Below are positions 43,901 through 52,687 of a DNA stretch of 64,000 nucleotides, in pieces. The notes below the pieces were generated by a model. It was not told the origin of the DNA and did not search any database. It saw only the letters and a program-made list of their open reading frames with translations. This DNA is from Actinomycetes bacterium (GTDB taxonomy: Bacteria; Auribacterota; JAJCYG01), in assembly GCA_029263055.1 (NCBI GenBank), contig JAJCYG010000002.1, positions 21,362-85,361 on the forward strand, read 5' to 3'. The first letter of the stretch is position 1. Every line of letters begins with the position of its first letter. The translations under genes were made by a program, and so were the position numbers.

Positions 43901-44308
43901 CCAATTCCATTTGTTCTTTTAAATACAGGTTGGAGTGGTGGACCTGAAGGAACAGGAAAACGGATGTCAATTAACTTAACGGTTCGTTTACGTGATGCGG
44001 CATTAAATGGAGACTTAGATTTAAGTGAAGAAAATTTAGTCGAGCATCCTATTTTTAAGGGATTGCTTGTGCCTAAAGTGGTGCCGGGTGTGACAGATTC
44101 AAAAGAAGTCGCTTCTTTAGATCCTGTTAATTCCTGGCCTGAAGATCGACGTGCTGATTATGAGCCCGAAGCAACAGAGCTTTTTGGCACTTGGGGTAAA
44201 CAAGCCAGCCAGCGAGGTTTTTGGCAGCTTTACCCAGGAAGCAATGGGTTTGCTTCCTTAGATGAGTTAGACGCTTCACGTAAATCAGCGGCTTCTATTA
44301 GCATTTAA
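40940..44308 (+). CDS. Leader-tagged enolase + ATP-dependent PEP carboxykinase fusion
   Basis: ATG 40940 lies 6 nt after AAGGAGGAG (the track starts at TTG 40934). The enolase domain lies around nt 41080-42400 (DSKGRPTVQV, AVPAGTSTGDDEA, LDVAASEFY, SIEDGMDQNDW, GDDLFVTQ, LIKVNQNGS, ISHRSGET, LKTGDP). The PEPCK domain lies around 42440-44250 (GLSGTGKSSLSA near nt 43174, LLNTGWSGG). Leader MLRIISGVVSFLFLFQSVITVDL...NRFLAPPAE; C-terminus ...AASISI. Confidence 0.85.
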   Translation: MLRIISGVVSFLFLFQSVITVDLQLASLKGLNRFLAPPAELPVQPPKREIISAPVADLNFEATQIEDSKGRPTVQVTITYKGISVVGAVPAGTSTGDDEANTLPTEQAITALRDVIFSGIKEMDLDLSNHKDLIQIEEWLIANAGENFKTWGANATVPLSWALWEMAAKLNSLELDEYFAGFVPETAGAPGSVRFYMNIYNGGEHARQEGEELGKDRIDIQEIMIVPDDSFPYEEQLAIGDKVDQELKAILIEADAGEISRGNESGFTVKGIGDSDVAIGHVFEAIKRAGYTPGADVKLALDVAASEFYDRDAGVYNFRGEKLSSEQMVTYYADLVETYAGMFLSIEDGMDQNDWEGWKLFKEVMANQNVETIGDDLFVTQQGRLQKGIDENSASSILIKVNQNGSVLGTLKVIRQAIGANMSFVISHRSGETLHTGIADLAEATGALGLKTGDPQPPADTEYFGDPSQQVRRVKYERMVTIQERKAAKDARAKARLKKQLTLLGLDVEDTTLYHNAPIRQLFDIAELNGEGRRTATGAFLVNPTNKLDRGRRKKHRYVVQVKGSEADQNMGWHTEDKPSPNKPITPEHYKRIKAKVVKHLSDRGELFVGDYLSARHEGYQKRVRYIGEKAFQAVGVRHLFVRPEAENQVGDLGPADFTILTAPDYKIEREDRMPHQKDGEADYAMIIVDVENGLVIITGTNYIGENKKSIFALMNYVFGLTEGTVSTHSSAGQSETTGNVGVWKGLSGTGKSSLSAKDGVESFSDDETTIWIEPKTYKEIRSAMESGATLPDDLVQGVLSGELAGIFDIEGGLFPKTWELTPEKEGRLYRASRSYPAILQNVPTVREGDEEVLVDGRPIPDFMAHHLHGEDIVIANGRATFPRESMPDTPQDGLGGPPNVMFYLTQDRMGVLPPVSVIKSAEDAQFLNLLGYTATAAGTEQGAKPGATYSPLFGDPFFPGPFELYARKETEIIGALNYVRNQAGLKPIPFVLLNTGWSGGPEGTGKRMSINLTVRLRDAALNGDLDLSEENLVEHPIFKGLLVPKVVPGVTDSKEVASLDPVNSWPEDRRADYEPEATELFGTWGKQASQRGFWQLYPGSNGFASLDELDASRKSAASISI

Positions 44309-44370
44309 AGCCCTAGTTGACCAATTCACCTCCATGGGGCACAATTATGTTGTGTACCAATGGAGGTGAC

Positions 44371-44748
44371 ATGGACAAACAAGAATTGTGGGAAAAAGTT
44401 CGAATAGGGTTTGAAAAGGGTTATGTGGTCACAAAGGATGCGGCAATTAAGTCGGCTAAGACAGTGGCAGCTTATGCAGGTCCTGCAAGTGAGTTTACCA
44501 AAGTTAAGTTTAATGAATTGAAGATTAGCCGTAATCTAGCTAAAGAGTTTGCGGCATTAGGCCATCGCGTTTATGAGCTCGCTGAGAAGAAGCAAGACGG
44601 AAAGAATGTGCTTGCAGATAAAGCGATTGTCAAATCTTTAGAAAAGTCTAAACAGCTTGATGAAGCGCTTCAAAAAGCGCAAGAATCAGTTAAGGCTGAG
44701 AAGAAAAAAATGAGTGACCTTTCCAAGAAAAAGGCTCAAAAAAAATAA
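44371..44748 (+). CDS. Hypothetical Lys-rich helical protein
   Basis: ATG 44371 has GGAGGTG immediately upstream, so I prefer it to the track's 44317. 125 aa, with no recognisable motif. Confidence 0.5.
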   Translation: MDKQELWEKVRIGFEKGYVVTKDAAIKSAKTVAAYAGPASEFTKVKFNELKISRNLAKEFAALGHRVYELAEKKQDGKNVLADKAIVKSLEKSKQLDEALQKAQESVKAEKKKMSDLSKKKAQKK

Positions 44749-44867
44749 TTGACAACCTTCCTACTTGTGCTACTTTATACCGTCTATAAAGAGTCCTTAA
44801 GACCGAGGCTTTTTTTCTAAGAGACTAAAGCTATTAGAGTTAGCCCTGTTAGATAGAGGAGGGTGAC

Positions 44868-45410
44868 GTGAACTTTTTACCTAAAAAGATGTTTTTCACC
44901 AATGGGGTGGGGACACATAAAGAGCAACTTCGTTCTTTTGAGCTTGCTTTGCGTGATGCTGGTATTGAAAAATGCAACCTTGTTCACGTCTCATCTATTT
45001 TGCCTCCAAACTGTAAAATTATTTCTCGTTCTGAGGGTGTTAAATTGTTAATTCCAGGTCAAATTGCTTTTTGCGTGTTAGCCCAAGCTCGTAGTAATGA
45101 GCCGAGTCGTTTGATTGCTTCTTCTATTGGATGTGCGGTGCCAAAAGATGAGAATCGTTATGGTTATTTAAGTGAGCACCATGCGTTTGGTGAAACCGAA
45201 AAAGTAGCTGGAGATTATGCCGAAGATTTGGCTGCTGCGATGTTAGCTTCCACTTTAGGTGTTGAGTTTGATGAAGATAAAAACTGGGATGAGAAAAAAG
45301 AGGTATTTAAAATCTCAAACCAAATTGTGCATACGACGAATGTGACTCAAACCTGTGTGATTAAAAAGGGTTGGTCGACGGTCGTTTCTGCTGGAGTCTT
45401 TATTTTTTAA
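44868..45410 (+). CDS. pdaD: Pyruvoyl-dependent arginine decarboxylase
   Basis: 180 aa with a GTG start after GAGGAGGGTG. N-terminal FFTNGVGTHKEQLRSFELALRDAGI and the self-cleavage context VHVSSILP, typical of PdaD/AaxB. Confidence 0.85.
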   Translation: MNFLPKKMFFTNGVGTHKEQLRSFELALRDAGIEKCNLVHVSSILPPNCKIISRSEGVKLLIPGQIAFCVLAQARSNEPSRLIASSIGCAVPKDENRYGYLSEHHAFGETEKVAGDYAEDLAAAMLASTLGVEFDEDKNWDEKKEVFKISNQIVHTTNVTQTCVIKKGWSTVVSAGVFIF

Positions 45411-45468
45411 AGAACACAAAGTTTAAATATAGAGTATAATTATAGTTAGAGAGTTAAAGGAGAAGGGT

Positions 45469-45912
45469 GTGAATAAAAAAGATTTAGAAAAATACAAAGA
45501 CATTCTTTTAGAAATGAAAGAAAAGATCTTAGGTAGCTTAAGCAACTTAGAAGGGGATAACTTAAATAAAAGTCAAAAAGAATCTTCTGGAGATCTTTCA
45601 GGTTATTCAACTCACCTTGCTGATGCTGCGTCTGATTCTTATGACCGTGAATTTGCATTAAACTTAGCTTCAAAAGAAGGTTCTATTCTTTATGATATTG
45701 ATTTTGCTTTAAAACGGATTGATGACGGCACCTTTGGTGTGTGCGAAATTTGTGAAAAAGATATTCCTGCACGTCGCTTGCAAGCGGTTCCTTATGCTAG
45801 CTTGTGTATCAAGTGTCAGGAACAGGAAGAAAGAAAAGATTCAGGACGTCTTAATAATATGGACCCTGAAGATGCACCACGTTGGGATGATGTTAAGTCT
45901 GAAGATGTTTAA
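45469..45912 (+). CDS. DksA/TraR-family C4 zinc-finger protein
   Basis: 147 aa. C-terminal CEICEKDIPARRLQAVPYASLCIKC (CxxC-x17-CxxC) after a coiled-coil region. Confidence 0.8.
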   Translation: MNKKDLEKYKDILLEMKEKILGSLSNLEGDNLNKSQKESSGDLSGYSTHLADAASDSYDREFALNLASKEGSILYDIDFALKRIDDGTFGVCEICEKDIPARRLQAVPYASLCIKCQEQEERKDSGRLNNMDPEDAPRWDDVKSEDV

Positions 45913-45932
45913 TTAGACTTTTTATTTTAAAC

Positions 45933-45969
45933 AAAAAAATACCCGAGAAATTGTCTCGGGTATTTTTTT
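45933..45969. terminator. Bidirectional rho-independent terminator
   Basis: AAAAAAAT-ACCCGAGA-aattg-TCTCGGGT-ATTTTTTT, between convergent genes. Confidence 0.75.
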
Positions 45970-45987
45970 GTCTTGATGCGGTTAAAC

Positions 45988-46533
45988 TTAACGCATCATA
46001 TTGCTTTTCTTCTTTGCCATGGCTGCCATTTCGCTGTTGCCAAGTAGGTCATAGGCAGTATAGATCATGCGCCAATCATGTTTGCTTCGAGCATATTGAG
46101 CGGCTTCGTTAAAGTAATAATCTGCCAGTCCTGGGCGATTCGCATCTAGAAAAGCGAGTCCTAACTCAACGTTATCTTCAGTTGTCTTACGACGATTGTG
46201 ATGGGCTAAATGATATTGGGATAGACCATGAATGTCTTGGCCTAATCTACGGTACAGATCTCCAAGATCTACTTTATATGAGATTGTGTGGTGTTTGGCT
46301 TTACGGGCTTGTTGGCTCCAGTAACTAGCGGCTTCCCAGCCTTGTTCCTCGTAATTTTGATCTGCCGCGTCCACAGTGTGGTTGAAGCGGTAAATGCATC
46401 CTTTGCCACAATCATGAAACGATTTAGGTTGTGGGTGCTGCTCTTTAGACCAAGATCTCATTCCATCAGCTGATGCAGAAGCTGCAAGCACCAAACAGGC
46501 TAAGAATCCGGTTAGAGTAAGTTTTAAATTCAT
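45988..46533 (-). CDS. Secreted hypothetical protein (canonical Sec signal peptide)
   Basis: 181 aa. MNLKLTLTGFLACLVLAASASA|DG with a classical AxA site. No catalytic motif recognised. Confidence 0.6.
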   Translation of the reverse strand: MNLKLTLTGFLACLVLAASASADGMRSWSKEQHPQPKSFHDCGKGCIYRFNHTVDAADQNYEEQGWEAASYWSQQARKAKHHTISYKVDLGDLYRRLGQDIHGLSQYHLAHHNRRKTTEDNVELGLAFLDANRPGLADYYFNEAAQYARSKHDWRMIYTAYDLLGNSEMAAMAKKKSNMMR

Positions 46534-46605
46534 GAGATCTCCTTTTAATTGACTTGTCCTAAAGTTAAAGTAATTATTAAATTCTATTTATTAAAATACG
46601 TGTAC

Positions 46606-46959
46606 TTAATCATTAAGAGCTTTATGGATAACTTTTAATGCTTTATCCCAATCAATGGGTTTGGCAATAAGAGGGAAGTTTTTTGGGAGTTGGTTCTCTA
46701 CAAAAGGATACCCAGAAATGACTATTTTTTTGAGATCTGGATAGTGATGGTCTAACAGCTCTAAGAGGTCTTTTCCTCCTAAAGAAGGCATTCGATAATC
46801 TGTGAGGATCAAGTCGATTTGAGGGGTATCTTTGAGAACTTTTAAGGCGTCAACGCCATCCACAGCTGTTAGAGCTTGATAGCCCTCACTCTCAAGCTTG
46901 GCTTGAGTGTGGCTACGTGTTTCAAAGGTATCGTCCACAACCAGAATAAGGTGGCTCAT
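46606..46959 (-). CDS. Single-domain response regulator (CheY-like receiver)
   Basis: 117 aa. Acidic pocket VVDD, phospho-acceptor context LILTDYRMP, and conserved K in LIAKP. Confidence 0.8.
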   Translation of the reverse strand: MSHLILVVDDTFETRSHTQAKLESEGYQALTAVDGVDALKVLKDTPQIDLILTDYRMPSLGGKDLLELLDHHYPDLKKIVISGYPFVENQLPKNFPLIAKPIDWDKALKVIHKALND

Positions 46960-47044
46960 GGACCGATTATAGACTTAATGGAGACAAATGTATATAATCC
47001 TATTGATTTTTTAAGATAGGCCACATTTAGGAGAATAGGTTCAA

Positions 47045-48409
47045 ATGAGTCATCGCGTAGAAAAAGATTCTTTAGGGGAAAAGCAAGTCCCAGAAAAAGC
47101 ATATTACGGCATTCAAACATTGCGGGCTGTTGAAAATTTCCCGATCAGTGGGATCAAGCAGCATTCAGAGTTAGTTTGGGGTGTGGCCTGTATTAAGAAA
47201 GCAGCTGCTTTGGCGCACACTGATTTAGATTTGTTAACTTCTGAAGTGGGAGAGGCCATTGTTAAAGCAGCCACTGAAGTTTTAGATGGAAAGTTTAATG
47301 AAGATTTTGTGGTAGACCCTTATCAAGCTGGAGCCGGAACCTCGCATCACATGAATGTGAATGAAGTGATTGCCAACCGAGCCAACGAAATGTTGGGAGG
47401 CAATAAAGGGGAATACACACCTGTTAATCCTAATGATCATGTGAACATGGCCCAATCAACCAATGATGTGATTCCGACAGCCATTCGTTTGGCGACATTA
47501 AAATGTTTAGATGAACTTGAGCCCATCTTAAAAGATTTACAAATAGCCTTAGAAAACAAAGCAAAAGAATTTGGCAAAATTTTAAAATCAGGTCGCACTC
47601 ATTTGCAAGATGCCGTGCCCATGACTTTAGGACAAGAGTTTAGTGGCTTTGCTAAAGTGGTTGAAGAACGCATTCGCGAAATCAAAGAACGTAAAGTGTC
47701 GTTGACTCGTTTAGGGATTGGCGGAACAGCTGCTGGAACAGGCATGAACGCTCATCCTGAATATGCTAAGCGTGTTGTCGACCATCTTAAAGAATTAACA
47801 GGTTTGCCCGTTGAAAATTCACCCAACCTTTTTGAAGCCATGCAGAGCATGGGGTGCTTTACAGAAATCTCATCAGCCTTGCGTAACTTGGCTTGTGATA
47901 TGACTAAGATTGCCAATGATTTTCGTCTGCTTTCAAGTGGGCCTAATACGGGTTTGGATGAAGTTCGTTTGCCTGCTGTGCAACCAGGCTCGTCGATTAT
48001 GCCAGGTAAAGTCAATCCTGTGATGGCAGAGATGTTAAACATGGTGATGTACCAGGTGATTGGAAATGATCATACTATTTTGATGGGAGCTCAAGCCGGG
48101 CAATTAGAATTAAATGTGATGATGCCGCTTATTGGGTACAACATGATTCAAAACATCAAACTGCTTAAAAACTCATTGTCTGTGTTTACCACGCGCTGTG
48201 TCAACGGATTGAGCGCGCAACCTGAAAAGTGCGAAGCTTTTTTTGCCAACACATTAGGATTGGCCACTGCACTGAACCCGCAAATAGGGTATTTGGCTGC
48301 TGCTGAAATTGTGAAAGAATCAATGAAATCAGGCAAATCAATCAAACAACTTGTGATCGATAAAAAACTATTAACAGATAAAGAGTTTGACGCTCTATTT
48401 TTGGACTAA
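47045..48409 (+). CDS. aspA: Class II fumarase/aspartase family lyase, most like aspartate ammonia-lyase
   Basis: 454 aa. Signature GSSIMPGKVNP. The N-terminus EKDSLGEKQVPEKAYYGIQTLRAVENFPISG resembles AspA more than FumC. I cannot settle AspA versus FumC by eye. Confidence 0.7.
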   Translation: MSHRVEKDSLGEKQVPEKAYYGIQTLRAVENFPISGIKQHSELVWGVACIKKAAALAHTDLDLLTSEVGEAIVKAATEVLDGKFNEDFVVDPYQAGAGTSHHMNVNEVIANRANEMLGGNKGEYTPVNPNDHVNMAQSTNDVIPTAIRLATLKCLDELEPILKDLQIALENKAKEFGKILKSGRTHLQDAVPMTLGQEFSGFAKVVEERIREIKERKVSLTRLGIGGTAAGTGMNAHPEYAKRVVDHLKELTGLPVENSPNLFEAMQSMGCFTEISSALRNLACDMTKIANDFRLLSSGPNTGLDEVRLPAVQPGSSIMPGKVNPVMAEMLNMVMYQVIGNDHTILMGAQAGQLELNVMMPLIGYNMIQNIKLLKNSLSVFTTRCVNGLSAQPEKCEAFFANTLGLATALNPQIGYLAAAEIVKESMKSGKSIKQLVIDKKLLTDKEFDALFLD

Positions 48410-48412
48410 AAA

Positions 48413-48880
48413 ATGAAATTACCTGAAATAACCACTGTGGCTCATTGCGATGTTGAAGTCGATTTTAAAAAGATTCTTAAAAAGAAAAATCTTCTTTTGT
48501 ATTTCTTTCCAGAGATTGATTTTGACGACGTCAACTCCGTGACTCAAGAAGCTTATCTCTTTAAAAATTACTTTGTTCGCTTGAATTTAAATGAGAATGA
48601 AGTGATTGGAATTACGGATGACTCACGTGATATGAATGAACTTTTTATTCAACGTTTTAACATCCCTTTTCATTTAATTTACGATCGAGACCATCAGATT
48701 GCAGAAAAGATGGCCTCGGTATTAAATGGTGCTGATATTAAACGAACATTAGTCTGTGTTCAAAAAGGGGGAGCGATTAAAGGGGTGTATCAAGGTAATA
48801 CTATTGAGCATAAAGTCAAAGAGATGGTCCAGTACCACGTTCTTCCGTGGTATAAAAAGCTATTAAAAAAATCCTTCTAA
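48413..48880 (+). CDS. Thioredoxin-fold, peroxiredoxin (Bcp)-like protein lacking the peroxidatic Cys
   Basis: 155 aa. LLLYFFPEIDFDDVNSVTQEA aligns with the Bcp YFYPKDxTPGCTxEA block, but with no Cys there. It starts 4 nt after aspA. Confidence 0.45.
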   Translation: MKLPEITTVAHCDVEVDFKKILKKKNLLLYFFPEIDFDDVNSVTQEAYLFKNYFVRLNLNENEVIGITDDSRDMNELFIQRFNIPFHLIYDRDHQIAEKMASVLNGADIKRTLVCVQKGGAIKGVYQGNTIEHKVKEMVQYHVLPWYKKLLKKSF

Positions 48881-48887
48881 TCTCTTC

Positions 48888-49874
48888 TTACAAATAACCG
48901 TGTTGTTTGTACCACTCGCAGGTTTGTTTTACTCCCTCTTCTAGAGAAACTTTAGGTTGGTAGTTTAATTCTTTTTTAGCTTTGTCTATTTTAAAGGCGC
49001 GGCTTTTTGAAAAGAATTGAACCCGTCGACGGTAGAGTGGGGGATCTATTTTAAAAGGATAGCAGATCAGTTCGCATAAAACAGCGGCACACCAAACAGG
49101 AAAAAAGGGCACGGCATGTTTGGTGATCGGTTGGTTTGTTGTTCTTGAAATAATGGCGACCCAATCTTTTAAAAGAACAGGGGATTCGCCGCCAATAATA
49201 TAAACCTGGGCTTGGCTCTCTTTTTTCTCAGCCGCTAAAAGAGCGCCGCTGACTAAGTCTTCAACATAGACTGGGTGGTTGTAGACATTTCCTTTTCCAA
49301 TCATTCTAAATTTTCCATTGGCAATAAACTTAAAGAGTTTGAGCAAGCGCAAATCACCTGGGCCATAAACAGCTGCAGGTCGAATCACGACACCGGAAAG
49401 ACCTGTTTCTTTAAATGTTTTTATGGCTAATTTTTCTGCTTCGCATTTGGTTATTTGATAAATATCTTTGGTTTGATACGGACTCTCTTCATTTGCAGGA
49501 ATGACTTTAGGGCTTCCGAGAACACCAATGGTGCTAAAGTGGATAAAACGTTCTACCTTGTATTTGTTAGCAGCTTCAAGTAAGTGACGCGTTGCTTCAA
49601 CATGGATATCCCAAAACACTTTATCTGGAGTGGAAGGTTCTTGAAGAATAGAGGCTACATGAAAAACTTGTGTCGCTCCATTAACTAGTTGGTCAATCGC
49701 TTCTTTATCCCCAAGATCTCCTTCAATGATTTCAATAGAAGGGGGGAGTTTTTCTTGAGCTTTTTTGCGGCTGCGAACGAGAACACGAACTTGTTTGCCT
49801 TCTTGGACAAGACGGTTAACGAGATGGGTTCCAACAAATCCTGTGCCGCCTGTTACAGCAATTAATTCAGACAT
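48888..49874 (-). CDS. NAD-dependent epimerase/dehydratase (extended SDR; HpnA-like)
   Basis: 328 aa. N-terminal VTGGTGFVGTHLV and the YQITK catalytic motif. Confidence 0.8.
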   Translation of the reverse strand: MSELIAVTGGTGFVGTHLVNRLVQEGKQVRVLVRSRKKAQEKLPPSIEIIEGDLGDKEAIDQLVNGATQVFHVASILQEPSTPDKVFWDIHVEATRHLLEAANKYKVERFIHFSTIGVLGSPKVIPANEESPYQTKDIYQITKCEAEKLAIKTFKETGLSGVVIRPAAVYGPGDLRLLKLFKFIANGKFRMIGKGNVYNHPVYVEDLVSGALLAAEKKESQAQVYIIGGESPVLLKDWVAIISRTTNQPITKHAVPFFPVWCAAVLCELICYPFKIDPPLYRRRVQFFSKSRAFKIDKAKKELNYQPKVSLEEGVKQTCEWYKQHGYL

Positions 49875-49878
49875 TTAA

Positions 49879-51402
49879 CTAGGCTGTAACCTTCTTGGAG
49901 ATGCGGCGTGTTGCTTTTGGAATCACACGTTGGTCAAGTAGCAACTGAAAACGTTGTTTCATGTAAACAAGCAGCATGATGGTGTAACGTTTGACATCAG
50001 CAAAAGAACGTATACTTGTTAACACAGGTGGAATCTTTTTGATTAAGGCAATTTTCTTATGCGCATAAGCAAATCGAAACATGATTTCACTGATCTGCCA
50101 CCACGTTAGCTTGTCGACGTAAAGTGGGGCATGCCCTTGAGCTGCTGGGAGCAAGATGGTTCGTTTGTCATATTCTTTAGACCATGAGAAATCTTTAGGG
50201 ATTTTGCCTTCTTCAATGGCACGGTGTTCCAGAGGAACGCCTGGATAAATGTGCAAGATTGAAGCAGAGACATCACAACGGTCTTTTACATCTTCAAAAA
50301 TTTCAATCGACTCTTGAGCTTCTTCCCATGTTTCAGTTGGGTGACTAAAGATAAAAAATGGATTAGGGATCACACCGAATTCATTAAACCAGCTAATCGC
50401 ATCATAGGCATTTTTAAGCGTGGCTTTTTTGGTGATGATGTCACGACAAACACGTTCGTTAGCAGACTCAATCCCAAAGCCAGTGTAGAAGAGACCTGAC
50501 TCAGCCATTTTAGCGGCGAGCTCTTTAGTTAAAATATCAACACGCACTTCGCAATACCAACTGATGTTGAGTTTGCGTTCAATAATCAAATCACAAATCT
50601 GTGCGGTTCGTGTTCGGTTAAAGTTAAAGGTATCATCATAAAACCAAATGGCTTCGACACCGTATTTGTCCATACAGTGTTCGATTTCATTGACCACATT
50701 TTCAGGGGACAACGAACGAACTTTAGTTCCCCAGTTTGAAGGTGTGGCACAAAACGTACAAGTAAAAGGGCAACCACGACTGGTCATTAAGTTGGCTGCT
50801 TTAAGTGGCCCACGACCAGGAATATCCATGGTGAAGTTGTAGGCATCAATAGGAGTAAGGTGGCGTGCTGGCATTGGAAGATTATCCAATTCTTTTAACA
50901 GCATGCGTTTTCCGTTGTGAATAATGTCGCCGTTATGTTTACGAAAGGAAAGACCAAGTACGTTTTCATACCCATCTTTAGCTTCAACAGCTTTAGAGAG
51001 CTCAACCATTGTTTCTTCACCTTCACCTGAAACAATTCCATCGATTTCAGGGATGTTTAGTAAGGTGTCTTCAGCGGTTGTTTTACAGTGCGGTCCACCG
51101 AGCACAACAAAGGCTTCGGGGTATGCTTCTTTAGCAATTTTAGCTAATTTAAAACTAAGAAAACGGTTTTCAGTGGTGGTAGTGATTCCAACAATATCAG
51201 GTTTGTCGGTTTGAATTTTTCGATAAACTTGTTGAAACGTCATTTCAAGAACGTGACTTGGCACACACTCAACAGCATGTCCTGCTTCTTCAAGCATAGC
51301 AGCCATATAAAGAAGACCGAGCTCTGGCATCATGGTTCCATGAGACCAACGTTCAGCAAAATAACCTCCAGGTGGAACATAAAATTGAATCTTTAGAGCC
51401 AT
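49879..51402 (-). CDS. B12-binding-domain radical SAM enzyme
   Basis: 507 aa. An N-terminal cobalamin-binding-like domain is followed by SRGCPFTCTFC (CxxxCxxC). Confidence 0.8.
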   Translation of the reverse strand: MALKIQFYVPPGGYFAERWSHGTMMPELGLLYMAAMLEEAGHAVECVPSHVLEMTFQQVYRKIQTDKPDIVGITTTTENRFLSFKLAKIAKEAYPEAFVVLGGPHCKTTAEDTLLNIPEIDGIVSGEGEETMVELSKAVEAKDGYENVLGLSFRKHNGDIIHNGKRMLLKELDNLPMPARHLTPIDAYNFTMDIPGRGPLKAANLMTSRGCPFTCTFCATPSNWGTKVRSLSPENVVNEIEHCMDKYGVEAIWFYDDTFNFNRTRTAQICDLIIERKLNISWYCEVRVDILTKELAAKMAESGLFYTGFGIESANERVCRDIITKKATLKNAYDAISWFNEFGVIPNPFFIFSHPTETWEEAQESIEIFEDVKDRCDVSASILHIYPGVPLEHRAIEEGKIPKDFSWSKEYDKRTILLPAAQGHAPLYVDKLTWWQISEIMFRFAYAHKKIALIKKIPPVLTSIRSFADVKRYTIMLLVYMKQRFQLLLDQRVIPKATRRISKKVTA

Positions 51403-51405
51403 TGT

Positions 51406-52596
51406 TTAATTCCTTATCGGTTCGTTATCGATCATGTAAGCGTACATTTCACGCGTTTTTTTATCGAACAGCTCGTTGCTAAATCGTGCATTCACTTCTT
51501 GGATTGCTTTGTCTCCAAGTTGCTTTGCAAGTGTATCATCTTCTATTACTTTTTGGAGCCCTTTTGCGTAGGCTTCAGGTGTTGGTTCTGTCAACATGGC
51601 GCATTCTTTATTTAGTGCCTGTTGGTGTGTCCATCTGTCTGTTGCCACAATCGGGAGCCCCGATTCCATATAGCTATAAATTTTAAGAGGAGTATTGGTT
51701 CCTAAACTTCGGGGAGAGACCAGTACATCTCCTAATTTAAAGAAAGCATTCATCTTTTCTTTGGGTTGCTTTCCAGCAAAAATAACTTTATCTGCAATCC
51801 CTAAAGCAGAACAATCTTTCTTTAAATTAATTATTTGATCTTCTTCTCCACCAACTAATAAGAGACTAAAATTAGTGTTAGATTTTACTAAAACAGAGAT
51901 ACTTTGCAAGAGCAAATCAATGCCTTGGTATTTGGTGAAGTTGCCGGTATAGAGGAGAACCTTTTCATCATTGGGCTTGATCTGACGTAAGTAGCTTTCC
52001 TTCTCTTCTTTAGAGAGGGGGATATCTTTTTCCCTCATAGGAGTATCTTCGATTTGATAAACCTTTTTATCTGGAAGTATCTCATGGACCTTGAGGGTGA
52101 GATCATGGCAGACCGTGGTCACTGCTTTGGAAAGGGCAATGGTCTTTTTATCTAAAAAAGCAGCAAATTTGACAAATAGAGGAAATTTAAAAAATTTATG
52201 GTCAGCCATTTGGCCAGGAATATAAGAATCCATGTCATAAAGAAGAGGGGTCTTAAACATTTTGACGAAAGGATAAGCCATGATTGCGCCTTCTTCCATC
52301 CCATGAATAATGTCATACTTTTTCTTACGCAACATGGAAAGTGCTTTCCAGAATAAAAAGAAATCTAAAACTAATTTTGAAAAGGAGGGGCCAATCGGAA
52401 GTGTTTTAATGTAAGTTGGTCCCCAGCAGCGGTAAAATTTAAAGTTGGGCCACTCAGTTAGATCTTCACCAATCGGATAGGTAACAATATCAATTTCAGC
52501 CCCTTCATCAAGTGGCACCTTTAACATGCGCAAGGTTGAAATCGGTGTTCCCCGAAGAGAAAAAAATGGTTGTGGTGAAATCACTAATATTTTCAT
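51406..52596 (-). CDS. Glycosyltransferase family 4 (GT-B, group 1)
   Basis: 396 aa. C-terminal GT1-type block VSPRSLGTNTPLKIYSYMESGLPIVATD. It is the first gene of a three-gene minus-strand operon with 3-4 nt gaps. Confidence 0.75.
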   Translation of the reverse strand: MKILVISPQPFFSLRGTPISTLRMLKVPLDEGAEIDIVTYPIGEDLTEWPNFKFYRCWGPTYIKTLPIGPSFSKLVLDFFLFWKALSMLRKKKYDIIHGMEEGAIMAYPFVKMFKTPLLYDMDSYIPGQMADHKFFKFPLFVKFAAFLDKKTIALSKAVTTVCHDLTLKVHEILPDKKVYQIEDTPMREKDIPLSKEEKESYLRQIKPNDEKVLLYTGNFTKYQGIDLLLQSISVLVKSNTNFSLLLVGGEEDQIINLKKDCSALGIADKVIFAGKQPKEKMNAFFKLGDVLVSPRSLGTNTPLKIYSYMESGLPIVATDRWTHQQALNKECAMLTEPTPEAYAKGLQKVIEDDTLAKQLGDKAIQEVNARFSNELFDKKTREMYAYMIDNEPIRN

Positions 52597-52687
52597 GATT
52601 CTTTTCTTTTGTAAAATAGTCCAATAGAATACACTAACCCTGACGACAATTCAATGTTTTCAAACTTTAGCGAAAAGAGGGTTTTAA

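Noticed and set aside
6006-44308. Leaders as ordinary Sec or lipoprotein signal peptides of periplasmic proteins
   Set aside because: This is not fully excluded, but there is no AxA site or lipobox directly after the hydrophobic stretch. A conserved Pro turn plus an L-[AS]-P motif lies 10-20 residues further on. Classical signal peptides on other proteins in the same window look different. The cargo enzymes depend on cytoplasmic cofactors.
44749-44867. Possible riboswitch or attenuator in the 119-nt leader of the arginine decarboxylase gene
   Set aside because: Only weak, bulged pairings could be drawn (AGTCCTTAAGA / TCTAAGAGACT), and I recognised no known riboswitch core. A TTGACA -35-like hexamer is present, but the rest is unconvincing.
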